Part shown: positions 1-9,438 of the stretch, one piece after another
Layout: every line of letters starts with the position of its first letter
Position numbering within the stretch: position 1 is the first letter of the stretch
Virus record (IMG/VR): IMGVR_UViG_3300044540_000246
Source: an uncultured virus (IMG/VR IMGVR_UViG_3300044540_000246)
Lineage: Duplodnaviria > Heunggongvirae > Uroviricota > Caudoviricetes
Length of the DNA: 64,000 nucleotides
Direction: 5' to 3' (one strand)
Position numbers and translations under genes: made by a program
Notes under the pieces: model-generated
Seen by the model: the letters and a program-made list of their open reading frames with translations, nothing else
Database searches by the model: none
Told to the model about the DNA's origin: nothing

Positions 1-62
1 GTGATGAACAGTTTGTCGGCGTGAATGGCGGCGTTGTCAGCAAGGAAGGCGTCGATGCGCAT
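1..62 (-). CDS. Hypothetical protein, N-terminal fragment (runs off window edge)
   Basis: Manual translation MRIDAFLADNAAIHADKLFI from ATG at 62, co-oriented with the upstream minus-strand genes. Confidence 0.5.
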   Translation of the reverse strand, partial: MRIDAFLADNAAIHADKLFI

Positions 63-130
63 GAGCGGATCCGTTCAGAGGTCGAGGGGTCGGCTCCCTT
101 CATCGGGATCCCGCCATGTCGCCCCCCCCC

Positions 131-493
131 TTACCCGGTTGGCTCCGGCGCCGGGGTCTCCGTCGACGCCGGAGCGGGGATTCCGGTCGGAGCGGGAGAC
201 ACCGTCTCCGACGGGAACGTCAGTGGCGGCTCCCGCTCCCACCGCGCCATCACCGACGCGAACGCAAACAGGGCGATGGTCAGCAGTAAGCCGACCACAG
301 CAGCCAGCGCAAGGCGAGAACCCCACGACCAGCGTGTCTCCGACAGGCTGCGGCCCGTGCCGCCATGAAGCATCTCCATCACCGTCGGGGACCACTCCTC
401 GCCATCGAAGTAGCGACGGCCGCCAGTGTCGAGGTCGTCGTACCAGCCAGGTGGGAGCAACGGCTCCTCGGACTCGCGGCGACGGAAGGGCAT
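131..493 (-). CDS. DUF2510-like membrane protein
   Basis: PPGWYDD...RRYFDGEEWS motif, one TM helix, Pro/Thr-rich tail. Confidence 0.75.
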   Translation of the reverse strand: MPFRRRESEEPLLPPGWYDDLDTGGRRYFDGEEWSPTVMEMLHGGTGRSLSETRWSWGSRLALAAVVGLLLTIALFAFASVMARWEREPPLTFPSETVSPAPTGIPAPASTETPAPEPTG

Positions 494-526
494 GGCTGCG
501 TCATCGGCGTCCCCGCCGAGCTCCGC

Positions 527-1264
527 TTAGACTGCCGGCAACCCGATTTGCGGTCGGCCGTGAACGCGAGCCCAGCCGGCCGCAGTGACCGCCCGCAACG
601 CCTCGAACGCAACCTCGCTGGACATCTTCGACGCACCCGCGCGCCGGTCGGTGAACAGGACCGGGATCTCCTTCACCTGCGCGCCGAGCTGCTCCGCCCG
701 CGCCGCGAGATCGATCTGGAACGCGTAGCCCGACACCGCGACCGTGTCCAGATCGAGCCGGTCAAGCAGTGACGCCCGGTACACGCGGAACCCGCTGGTC
801 ATGTCCCGGATCCGGGACCGCAGCATGACGCGCGCATACGTGTTGCCCGACCGGGATAGGGCCTTGCGCCACCGCGGCCATCCGATGGTGCTGCCGCCGC
901 GACGCCACCTCGAGCCGAGGACCAGGCCGGCTCCGTCCGCGAGCGTGGCGCGCAGCTTCGGCAGGTCGGCCGGGTCGTGAGAACCGTCAGCGTCCATCGT
1001 GATGATGGCCCGATATCCGGCATGTAGCGCCCACGCGAAACCGTCCAGGTAGGCGCGCCCGAGCCCATCCTTGCCCGGGCGATGCAGCACATGAATGCGG
1101 GGATCGCCGGCGGCGTAGGAGTCGGCAAGGTCCCCGGTCCCGTCCGGGGATGCGTCATCAATGACAAGGATGTCCGCGTCCGGCGCCCAGCGGAGGACCA
1201 GCCCAAGCGTGACCGAGAGGCTGAGCGCCTCGTTGTACGTCGGAATGATGACCACAGTCCTCAT
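527..1264 (-). CDS. Polyprenol monophosphomannose synthase (GT2, Ppm1-like)
   Basis: VIIPTYNE, IDDASPDGTG, MDADGSH, DMTSGFRVY motifs; start trimmed to MRTVVIIP. Confidence 0.9.
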   Translation of the reverse strand: MRTVVIIPTYNEALSLSVTLGLVLRWAPDADILVIDDASPDGTGDLADSYAAGDPRIHVLHRPGKDGLGRAYLDGFAWALHAGYRAIITMDADGSHDPADLPKLRATLADGAGLVLGSRWRRGGSTIGWPRWRKALSRSGNTYARVMLRSRIRDMTSGFRVYRASLLDRLDLDTVAVSGYAFQIDLAARAEQLGAQVKEIPVLFTDRRAGASKMSSEVAFEALRAVTAAGWARVHGRPQIGLPAV

Positions 1265-1338
1265 CAGCAGGGCCCCTTCGTCGTTGCCGTCCCGTAGACC
1301 CCTCCCTATCGGGGTGGCTCGCCGCCCGCCGCACCGAC

Positions 1339-1947
1339 CTACAGGTACGACACCCAGTCCAGGCGCAGCTGCGCGACCAGCGCAACCAGTAGATACATGC
1401 CGACGACCACCAGCGGCGACCAGCGCAGCAGCACCCGCCCCGCCGCGCGCGCCCCTGCGCCGCCCAGCCACGCACCCGACGCCGCAGACCACGCCCACGC
1501 GACCACCATCACCGGAATGATCGCCGCCCACGTCGCCATACACCACGGGCACAGCGTCCCCAGCTCGAAGATCGACACGTACTGCAGCCACACAGTGAAC
1601 AGCCACGCACCAGACACCCCGACCGTGAAAGCGCGCCACCACCAGCGCGGGAACACCACCCCCGCCAGCACCGCAACCCCGACCGCGACCACAACCGGCC
1701 ATCCCGCCATCCCGATCAGCGGGTTCGGGAAGCCCAGCAGCGACCCCTGCCACGACGCGAGGTTCTTCCCGCACTGGACCAGCAGCGACAGGTCGCAGCT
1801 GGTCGGAACCTGAGGGTCGGCGAGCTGCCGCAACTTCTCCACCGTCAACGAGAACGCCGCCCACAGCCCAGCCAGGCCTCCGAGCAGCAGGACAGCACCG
1901 GCCACGAGCCGGGAGCGTGGCGAAGGGGAAGCGACCAGAACGTTCAT
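1339..1947 (-). CDS. Vitamin K epoxide reductase (VKOR) family disulfide-formation protein
   Basis: SCDLS...QC, GFPNPLIG, CPWC redox motif, several TM helices. Confidence 0.9.
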   Translation of the reverse strand: MNVLVASPSPRSRLVAGAVLLLGGLAGLWAAFSLTVEKLRQLADPQVPTSCDLSLLVQCGKNLASWQGSLLGFPNPLIGMAGWPVVVAVGVAVLAGVVFPRWWWRAFTVGVSGAWLFTVWLQYVSIFELGTLCPWCMATWAAIIPVMVVAWAWSAASGAWLGGAGARAAGRVLLRWSPLVVVGMYLLVALVAQLRLDWVSYL

Positions 1948-2181
1948 GCCGGAATCATCGGTCCGCCTCCGCCCGTGAACAGGCCCCTTTACCGGCCCCA
2001 GGCCCGGGAGTGGCGCGACTCCGACGACGACCACAGCAATCCCCGAGCACCGCCACCGCGGGCCAACGCCACGAATGCGGCAGCACGGCCACCCGAGAGG
2101 CCTGCGCGGACGGTCCACGCCTGCGATCTCGCACGTTAGGGCCCGAAGGCGACATCGCCCCTGACTGGAAGGCATCACCGC

Positions 2182-3207
2182 ATGGCAGGCAAGCAAGGCT
2201 TCAACGCCGCCAAGAAGGGCAGCGGCCAGGTCGGCTTCCAGCGGGTCCCCGTCCGCGCGCCGGCAGATCCCGGGAGCGCGCCGGTCCCATTCCCGTACAC
2301 CGCACTACCCAGCCCGGCTGAGCCCGCGACCGGGCTGCCAACGTTCGACGAGCTTCTCACCGAGGAGATGCGCGCCCAATGGGTCCACGAGCGCGCCCTG
2401 GTCATGGAAACCCTTGCCGAGGTCCCCGACACGACCGTCGACGCCTGGTACCTCACCCAGACCGCCGCCGGCCGGACCGAGTTCAACCTCGGCGTCGTCG
2501 CCGGGACCTACACCCAAAGCCAGGCCGGCCAGCTCGCCCAGCTCGCCGAGACGGTCACCAAGGGTCAGGAAGCGGTCCTGCGCCGCGCGGAGACCGTCTC
2601 CGCCGACCGAGTCCTGGACTTCCGCGCCCTCGTTGCCGACGCGCGGGAGAGTCCGTACGTGGCCACGACTCTGCAGAAGAACGCGACCAAGCAGAATATC
2701 CCCGAGAAGGTCGCCCATGCGTTCCTCGCCGACCGGACCGGCCTATCCGTCCTGCGGCTGCGAGACTCCGACACGCGACTGTCGGTCCGGTTCGACGACG
2801 ACGGGGTCGTCGGGGTGAACGTCCCCGCAACATCGGGGCAGTCCAAGGACGCCGACTTCATCATTGTCGTCCCCCGCCGCAACGGGACGACCCACGTCGT
2901 ACTCGCCTCCCACAAGCACGCCCGGGAGGGCGGCGGCCATCAGGATAACCAGAAGGCTGACGCGTTCCGGTTCCTCGCCAATGCTTCCGAAGCGGCGGCC
3001 GCCGGCCGCGACATCCCCGGCCTGGCCGACATAGTTGCCTGCACGATCGGACGGTCCGCCGGCCGGGTGACGTGGGAACCCGCCCTCATTCTCGACGGCC
3101 CGTACTTCGCCGGCGCTGCGGTCTACCCCGACGCGCGCCCGTCGATGCAGTCCCGGTTCGTCGGCAACAGCGAGCAGTTCGCCGCTTGGGTCACTGGCGG
3201 TAGGTAG
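2182..3207 (+). CDS. Putative PD-(D/E)xK restriction endonuclease-like protein
   Basis: KDADF...SHKHAREGGGHQDNQ resembles a type II REase active-site region; convergent with an adjacent MTase. Confidence 0.5.
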   Translation: MAGKQGFNAAKKGSGQVGFQRVPVRAPADPGSAPVPFPYTALPSPAEPATGLPTFDELLTEEMRAQWVHERALVMETLAEVPDTTVDAWYLTQTAAGRTEFNLGVVAGTYTQSQAGQLAQLAETVTKGQEAVLRRAETVSADRVLDFRALVADARESPYVATTLQKNATKQNIPEKVAHAFLADRTGLSVLRLRDSDTRLSVRFDDDGVVGVNVPATSGQSKDADFIIVVPRRNGTTHVVLASHKHAREGGGHQDNQKADAFRFLANASEAAAAGRDIPGLADIVACTIGRSAGRVTWEPALILDGPYFAGAAVYPDARPSMQSRFVGNSEQFAAWVTGGR

Positions 3208-3213
3208 CGGCCC

Positions 3214-4254
3214 TTACGCGGCAGCCGGCACGCCCGAGCCCGCCTCGCCGTGGGCGTGCCCCTCGACCTGGCAGAGGGCGTGGGACAGGATGATGCGCGC
3301 GTTCGCGAAGTCCAGGCGCCGGCGGAACTTCCCGTCCACTCGGACGCCCTTGAACGCAGTTAGGAGCACATCCTGTGTCCGGTCTCGCAGGCCGGCCAGG
3401 ATCGTGTTCGCCGCACCGATGACCGCAGCCGCATCCCGATGGCACAGGCCGTCGACCCGCACTCGCGACACTAGCCGAGCCGAGCTCTTCACCTTCGCGT
3501 CCGGGATCAGGTCCGGGTCGCAGAACCCGATTGTCGGCCCCGTGCTCGAGTCGATCGCTTTCAAGCCGACCTGCCCGTCGATGGCGTTGAACGTCAGCCG
3601 GTCCGCGCACGCGGTCGCTTCCAGTCCGCGTGCCAGGGCCGAGTATGGGCCCAGGGGCGCGCCCTGTCGCCACACCTGGAAGTCGCCGGTGCGCTCCCTG
3701 CCCCACAGGGCCAGGCACGTCGGCATGTCGGTGTCGTCGAACATCACGAACGGCAGCGACACGACCGCCTGCAGTCGATCGCGGAACTTCCCGCTGGTCA
3801 CGAACGACTCCGGGACGATCATCGCGACGTAATCGTGGGCGGCCAGCGCCAGCTCGATGCACGTCAGATACAGGCTCGCGTGGCCGCCGAACATGGCCCT
3901 GTTGACTTTGAGGCCCTTTCGCTTCGCGAAGTGGTAAGACAGGTACGGCGGGTTCGTGATGACGGCCGCGAACCCTGACGGGTAGTCCGCGATCGAGTCG
4001 CGGTGCTCGACCCCGGTCAGGGACGTGTCGATGTCGAATAGCGCCCACCGCGCGTCCAGGCCCGCATCGGCGACCAGCTTGGGGATCTGGCCAGTCCCGG
4101 CGAATGGCTCAGCGATCACCGCGCCGGCCGGCAGCTGCTCGAACCAGGCTCGGAACGGGGCGTAGATGAACGGGTTGCCTTGCGTGTAGAACGACCCGAG
4201 CTCGCGCTGCCGGTCGCCCGCTGTCGTTGTCCCCATCGCGGTCCGGTCCTTCAT
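3214..4254 (-). CDS. N6-adenine DNA methyltransferase
   Basis: GSFYT, EPFAGTG SAM-binding motif, ITNPPY catalytic motif. Confidence 0.85.
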   Translation of the reverse strand: MKDRTAMGTTTAGDRQRELGSFYTQGNPFIYAPFRAWFEQLPAGAVIAEPFAGTGQIPKLVADAGLDARWALFDIDTSLTGVEHRDSIADYPSGFAAVITNPPYLSYHFAKRKGLKVNRAMFGGHASLYLTCIELALAAHDYVAMIVPESFVTSGKFRDRLQAVVSLPFVMFDDTDMPTCLALWGRERTGDFQVWRQGAPLGPYSALARGLEATACADRLTFNAIDGQVGLKAIDSSTGPTIGFCDPDLIPDAKVKSSARLVSRVRVDGLCHRDAAAVIGAANTILAGLRDRTQDVLLTAFKGVRVDGKFRRRLDFANARIILSHALCQVEGHAHGEAGSGVPAAA

Positions 4255-4371
4255 CGCCGTGCCGCGGACTTCGCGGCGCCGGACCTGACATCGGCCCGCG
4301 CGGGGTGACGCACAGCAGCCCGATCGCCCCTCGGTGGTCGGCGCCTGTCGCGGATAGGGGACTGCACCTAG

Positions 4372-5283
4372 GTGCGCGTGAGAGCCGATGGCCTGCGCAT
4401 GATCTCCGCCGACGTCCTCGTGGTCGCGTCGCTGCGCCGCTGGGTCGCCGACGACTTCGCCGGCCCCGCGGCCGCCCGTGGCCTCCCCGTCCTGCACTCG
4501 TTCGGCCTTGACCTGCCCGACCTGTCCGGATACGCCGCCCCCGCCTGGTGGCTCCCGCTCGGGCACGCCGCAGTTCTGCGCCGTCACGGCGTCGACGTCC
4601 CCCTCGTGGCACCCGGCCCCGACTGGCTCGGCCGAGTCCCCACACCCGAGCTCGGCAGACGCGTCTGGTCCGGCACGCTCGCTGACCTCGCAGCCGGCAG
4701 CTCCGGATGGTCCGCCGGCTACGCCAAGCTCGCCGAAGCGAAAGCCGAAGACCTCCCTGCCGCATGGACCAACGACCTTGCTGGCTTTGTTGCCGACGCC
4801 CGCGCCGCCGGCGTCCCGGACGAGTCGTGGGTGCAGGTCTCCGACACCTACCTCGACCTCGACGTCGAAGTCCGCTGCTTCACTGTCGCCCGCGACGTGC
4901 TCACGACCTCCCCGTACCTGGTGCACACGGCCGCAGGCCCGGTGACCTGGAGCGAGCACATGGTCGACGACTCCCACGCCTTCGCCGCCGCCCGCGACGG
5001 TGCCCGGTACGCCGGCGAAGTCCTCGCTGCGCTGCCGACCGAGGTTGTCCCGCCCGCGATGACGCTTGACGTCGCACGTGACTCGACCGGCAGATGGCTG
5101 GTGCTCGAGGCGAACCCGGTGTCGAGCTCGGCCGCGTACGGCGCGGACATGGACGCGGTCCTCACCGCCACCCTCGCGGGGACCGACCTGGCTGCGGAGC
5201 ATCCACGTTGGGCGTGGCGGCCCGACCCGTACCTTGTTGAGCGCGCCGCCCGCCACCGCCCGCTGTACGCTCCGGTCCGCTGA
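4372..5283 (+). CDS. ATP-grasp domain protein (DUF4343/R2K-like)
   Basis: AKLAEAK, EVRCF, TLDVA...WLVLEANPVSSSAAYG. Confidence 0.75.
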   Translation: MRVRADGLRMISADVLVVASLRRWVADDFAGPAAARGLPVLHSFGLDLPDLSGYAAPAWWLPLGHAAVLRRHGVDVPLVAPGPDWLGRVPTPELGRRVWSGTLADLAAGSSGWSAGYAKLAEAKAEDLPAAWTNDLAGFVADARAAGVPDESWVQVSDTYLDLDVEVRCFTVARDVLTTSPYLVHTAAGPVTWSEHMVDDSHAFAAARDGARYAGEVLAALPTEVVPPAMTLDVARDSTGRWLVLEANPVSSSAAYGADMDAVLTATLAGTDLAAEHPRWAWRPDPYLVERAARHRPLYAPVR

Positions 5284-5459
5284 GCTCCCCTTGCGCTCCG
5301 GTCCGGCGAGAGCGCTGCCGCGCGTAGCGGTGCCGTAGCGCCGTGGTAACGGCGTTACGTGTGCGTGCCTCCGCCGTGTCGCAGTAGCGCCGTAATCCCG
5401 CCTTGCAGCAGGGCGATCGGGGCCCCTTCGATGTCGGCCCACTGCCGTACAGTAAGACT

Positions 5460-6482
5460 ATGCGCACCGAGAACGAGACCCAGCCGGAACGGCCTCAGCC
5501 GAACGCATACTCCCGCACTTGGGGCGGCTTCCGCCCCAGCCACGCCCAGCCCGGCGACAACGACCGCGTCGTGCTGCGCATCACCAACCCCGCCACCGGC
5601 GCGCACATCGAAGTGACCGACCCGCACACCGGCGACATCAGCCGCGTCGCCCTCCAGCACCTCGAGGCGCTCGGCTTCTACCACCAGCTCCTCAAGGACG
5701 AAGCTCTTGCCGCCCTCAACAGGACCCGGCGCGAGCCCGGAGCTCAGATGATCACCGCCGCAGGCCTCGCCCAGCACGGCGACCGCTACACCGCCGCATC
5801 AGGCACCCCCGGCGACGGCACCCCTTACCTGCGCTGGGTCCCCGCCCGGACCGTCATCGAGACACCCGTCTGGCAGCTCACCCTCCACGGCGCCGCCACC
5901 GTCACTCTCAACCAGGCCGCCTGGGACGACGCCACGGGTATTGCCGCTCTCGTCGGCCAGCTCGCCGACGAAGCAACCCTCCAGACGCTCCTTATCCTCA
6001 CCGACGCAGACGCCGGAGCCGCCATGGCCCGCCGTCTGAGCGTCCGCGCACTCCGCGCCGCCGGCACCCTCCCGACAATGAACCCCGCCACAATCTGGCA
6101 GGCGTTGAACGACGCCGGACTCGCCACCGGCGAAACGGAGTCCTGGAAGCGCGGCGTCGTCAAAGCGCTCCAAATCAACACCGGCGACTCCCGCGTCACC
6201 GTCGCCATCGCTGTCTCTAAACCGATCAGCGTCCACCGTTCCGAAAGGGGCGTGACATACCAGTCTCGCTGCGCCGAATGGGAAGCCGCCGTCGACGCAG
6301 CCGTCACCGCCGACAGCGCGTGGCGCACCCTCGACCTCCCGGCAGCGAACAAGTTCCGCCGGAACTCCACCCAGGCGTTCTGCCTGTACACCCGCATCCC
6401 CGCCGACCAGTGGCCCGCAGTCGACGCTGCCGCCCAGGACCGGCTCGCCACATTCGACCTGAAAGGAGGCCGAACCCTATGA
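5460..6482 (+). CDS. Hypothetical protein
   Basis: Long ORF with coding-like codon use; overlaps next gene start (ATGA). Confidence 0.7.
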   Translation: MRTENETQPERPQPNAYSRTWGGFRPSHAQPGDNDRVVLRITNPATGAHIEVTDPHTGDISRVALQHLEALGFYHQLLKDEALAALNRTRREPGAQMITAAGLAQHGDRYTAASGTPGDGTPYLRWVPARTVIETPVWQLTLHGAATVTLNQAAWDDATGIAALVGQLADEATLQTLLILTDADAGAAMARRLSVRALRAAGTLPTMNPATIWQALNDAGLATGETESWKRGVVKALQINTGDSRVTVAIAVSKPISVHRSERGVTYQSRCAEWEAAVDAAVTADSAWRTLDLPAANKFRRNSTQAFCLYTRIPADQWPAVDAAAQDRLATFDLKGGRTL

Positions 6483-7447
6483 GCCCCAGTACGATCGCGG
6501 CTGGCCCCAGCCGAGCCGTCCGCGCCCGCCTCGACAGGCTCACCGCCTCCCCCGAACCCCGCGACTGGCTCCTCGCCGCCCGGTCCAAGCACTGCACCAC
6601 CGAAGCTCTCACCGAGCTCGCTGACCGCATACAGACCCAAATCCGCAGCGCAGCCCAGATGGAATGGTCCGCCGCCCACATCCTCGCAGCCGTCCTGGCC
6701 CACCCCGCCTGCCCGCCCGCACTGCTCGACCAGGCCCTCGCCGAGGTCGACTCGACCGGCAGCTCGCTCGCCGGCGCGCTCTGGAACGGCGCGCTGTACG
6801 CTCACACGGCGTCCCGGAACCCGTCACTGACCCGAGCCCGGATCGTCTCAGCCCTCGACCGGCTCGCTTCCATCGACTTCTCGCAGCCGTACCGCCGCGC
6901 CCACGGCGAGCCCCGGTACGCCCGCATCCGCAGCAGCCGGCTCAACGCCCACGGGCTCTCCCAGACCCTCCTCGCGCACCCGAACACCCCCACCGACCTC
7001 CTTCGCGCCTGGCTCACCCCACCCGCCGCATGGGGCTCGTTCCGCGGCGGGGGCCCCTACGGCGTCGCCGGGAATCCGCACTGCCCGCCCGACCTCCAGC
7101 TCGAACTCGCCCGCCACCGGCTCGCGAAAGTCCGCAAAGCGCTCGCGGAGAACCTGAACCTCGCCGACGAAGCAGCAGCGATCCTCGTCGCCGACACCAC
7201 CGCCTCCGTCCGGGCGCGCATCATCCGGGCGGGCCGCGCCGACGCCGCGCTGCTCGCCGCATCCGTCGAGCACAACTCGACCTGGGTCCGCGCCGCAGTC
7301 GCCGCCACCACCGACGATCCCGAGACCCTCACCCGCCTCGCGATGGATCGCCGCCAGCGGATCCGTCGGCGTGCCGTCGCGAACGCGGCCGCCCCCGACG
7401 AGGCCCACGTCGCAGCCGCGCTCCTAGGTGACGCGAACAGCTGGTAG
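6479..7447 (+). CDS. Leucine-rich-variant/HEAT-like repeat protein
   Basis: Repeated AHPxxP, VRxAVA, NPxxP units; ends APDEAHVAAALL. Confidence 0.7.
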   Translation: MSPSTIAAGPSRAVRARLDRLTASPEPRDWLLAARSKHCTTEALTELADRIQTQIRSAAQMEWSAAHILAAVLAHPACPPALLDQALAEVDSTGSSLAGALWNGALYAHTASRNPSLTRARIVSALDRLASIDFSQPYRRAHGEPRYARIRSSRLNAHGLSQTLLAHPNTPTDLLRAWLTPPAAWGSFRGGGPYGVAGNPHCPPDLQLELARHRLAKVRKALAENLNLADEAAAILVADTTASVRARIIRAGRADAALLAASVEHNSTWVRAAVAATTDDPETLTRLAMDRRQRIRRRAVANAAAPDEAHVAAALLGDANSW

Positions 7448-7589
7448 CTCCTCCTCCATTGTAGCCCGAGCGTGACCGTCGTCGAGGCCTTCGGTGAACC
7501 GGCCGACAGGCTTAACCGCCAGTACTCATCCCGCGAACGCGGAAGCCCTTTGGTGAGGGCATGGAGCTTATGCGCGAGTGGTCGGAGGC

Positions 7590-9266
7590 TTAGGGCGTCG
7601 GCAGCGGGCTGACGGCCACGGGAACGAGCGAGCTTGTCATCGTCCCGTCGCCGAGCTCGCCACTGTCGCCGAGTCCCCAGCAGAAGAGGTCGCCGCTCGA
7701 CAGCGCACAGGTGTGGCTGGCGCCAGCACTGAGGGCATCCAAAGTCCGGGCGGCGAGCACTCCCGCGACGGATGTCTCTACTGGCGTACTCGATTCAGTC
7801 GTCGTACCATCCCCGAGCTGCCCTGTACTGTTCGCCCCCCAGCAGAAGGAGCGACTGTCAGCCAGCGCGCAAGCGTAGGACCCAGCCCCGTCTGCGGTTA
7901 CGGCGGTCACGATACGACCCGCGAGCACGCCAGCGGTGGATACCGAGACAGGGATGAGCGCGTTCGTTGTCGCGCCGTTGCCGAGGCGGCCGTTGGCACC
8001 CGACCCCCAGCAGAATGCTTGGCTGTCGGCAACCGCGCAGGTGAAGTTGGCGCCGGCTGCGATAGCGTTTACGGTGCGACCCGAGAGGACGCCCGCCACG
8101 GATACGGCGGTTGGTGTCGTTCGGTCAGTCAGAGCACCGTTGCCCAACCGTCCGTTGCCGCCACCGCCCCAGCAGAACGCGGCATCGTCAGCAACAACGC
8201 AAGTGTGGTTGCTTCCGACGGCGAGTGCTGTGACGGTGCGACCTGCAAGAGCCCCCGTCGTGTCGACCGCAACCGGGACGTTGGAGCTGGTGGTTGTTCC
8301 GTTGCCGAGACGACCATTGGTGCCCAATCCCCAGCAGAAGGCCTGACCGTCTGCGATGGCGCACGTGTGGCTGGTTCCTGCAGCTATTGCTGTCACTGTC
8401 TTGCCGGCGAGCACGCCCGCCGTGGAAACAGCAACGGGCGTGGACGAGTTCGTGGTTGTTCCATTGCCGAGGTTGCCGTTGGTGTTCGTTCCCCAGCAGA
8501 AGGCCAGGCCGTCTGCGACGGCGCACGTGTGGCCGGCGCCCGCTTCCACTGACGTCACAGTTCGTCCGACCAGGGCGCCTGGCGTCGCGGCCGCGATCGG
8601 GCTGGCTGCGACGCTTACCGCCCCGCCGGTGCCGAAAGAGCCTGCGACGTCAGCCCCCCAGCAGTACGGAGCACCTTGCGCGATCGTGCACGCCGCCGAC
8701 GGGAGGGATGTGAGGAGGTTCGGGATAGGTCCGGCAGGCACTACCGGGGTGATAGGCCCCAGGGGTGTCGTGCTTATGTCGCCGTTGACTTCGCAGCCGG
8801 CTGCCGCGGCCTGGTAGCCCGTCTCGGTGAACACGGCGACCTGCCCGTTGTTCGACGCGGCGAAGCACCACGTCAGGCCGGACATGCCCGACGCAACGAT
8901 CGTCGTCCCGCCGCTGACGGCGACCTGCTCGGTCAGGACAGCCGACGTTGACGGCGTCGGTGCATTCATCGTCACCGTCAGCGTCGCCTCGCCCGAGCTG
9001 GGTGCGCCGAGAGTGATAGCCGTGGTGGTGTTCGCGGGCGGGGTCCCGAAGTCGGTGTAGGAGCGCAGCTGCGTGGTGATGGTTGACGCCCAGGCGCGGC
9101 CGTCGCTGATGGCGACTGCGCGGCTGGCTTGACTTGTCTGGGACGCGAAGATGGGGATAGCGATGGCGGCGAGAAGTCCGACCACTGCGACCACGGCGAG
9201 GAGCTCGACGAGGGTGAAGCCGGCGCTGCGGCGAGGTCGGGTGAGCTTGACAAACATGTGGGGCAC
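7590..9266 (-). CDS. Prepilin-type (type IV pilin-like) protein with C-terminal RCC1 repeats
   Basis: GFTLVELLAVV class III signal; about six HTCA...AFCWG...GxLGNG repeats. Confidence 0.9.
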   Translation of the reverse strand: MPHMFVKLTRPRRSAGFTLVELLAVVAVVGLLAAIAIPIFASQTSQASRAVAISDGRAWASTITTQLRSYTDFGTPPANTTTAITLGAPSSGEATLTVTMNAPTPSTSAVLTEQVAVSGGTTIVASGMSGLTWCFAASNNGQVAVFTETGYQAAAAGCEVNGDISTTPLGPITPVVPAGPIPNLLTSLPSAACTIAQGAPYCWGADVAGSFGTGGAVSVAASPIAAATPGALVGRTVTSVEAGAGHTCAVADGLAFCWGTNTNGNLGNGTTTNSSTPVAVSTAGVLAGKTVTAIAAGTSHTCAIADGQAFCWGLGTNGRLGNGTTTSSNVPVAVDTTGALAGRTVTALAVGSNHTCVVADDAAFCWGGGGNGRLGNGALTDRTTPTAVSVAGVLSGRTVNAIAAGANFTCAVADSQAFCWGSGANGRLGNGATTNALIPVSVSTAGVLAGRIVTAVTADGAGSYACALADSRSFCWGANSTGQLGDGTTTESSTPVETSVAGVLAARTLDALSAGASHTCALSSGDLFCWGLGDSGELGDGTMTSSLVPVAVSPLPTP

Positions 9267-9379
9267 CTTGTCTTCGGGGCGGCGGACGGGTCCGAGATGC
9301 GCGGCGTTCCGCGTTGCGCGTCTATCGGCTTCCTGACGGCGGCGTTGGTCGTTGACCTGTTCCCGGCAGCTCTTCTACA

Positions 9380-9429
9380 GCACGACAGAAAGCCCCGACG
9401 CGAACTCGCGTCGGGGCTTTCTGTCGTGC
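9380..9429. terminator. Long inverted repeat, probable bidirectional terminator
   Basis: GCACGACAGAAAGCCCCGACGCGA-ac-TCGCGTCGGGGCTTTCTGTCGTGC just after the stop at 9439. Confidence 0.8.
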
Positions 9430-9438
9430 CGGGAACTC

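Noticed and set aside
5320..5395. Short GTAGCG/GCCGT repeats as iterons or origin
   Set aside because: Too short and irregular; no rep gene nearby.
4255..5442. 742-aa version of the MTase ORF and similar long 5' extensions (527-1864, 50157-51503)
   Set aside because: Extensions overlap real genes; motifs begin at internal starts.
7590..8670. About 165-bp DNA repeats
   Set aside because: Explained by RCC1 protein repeats.
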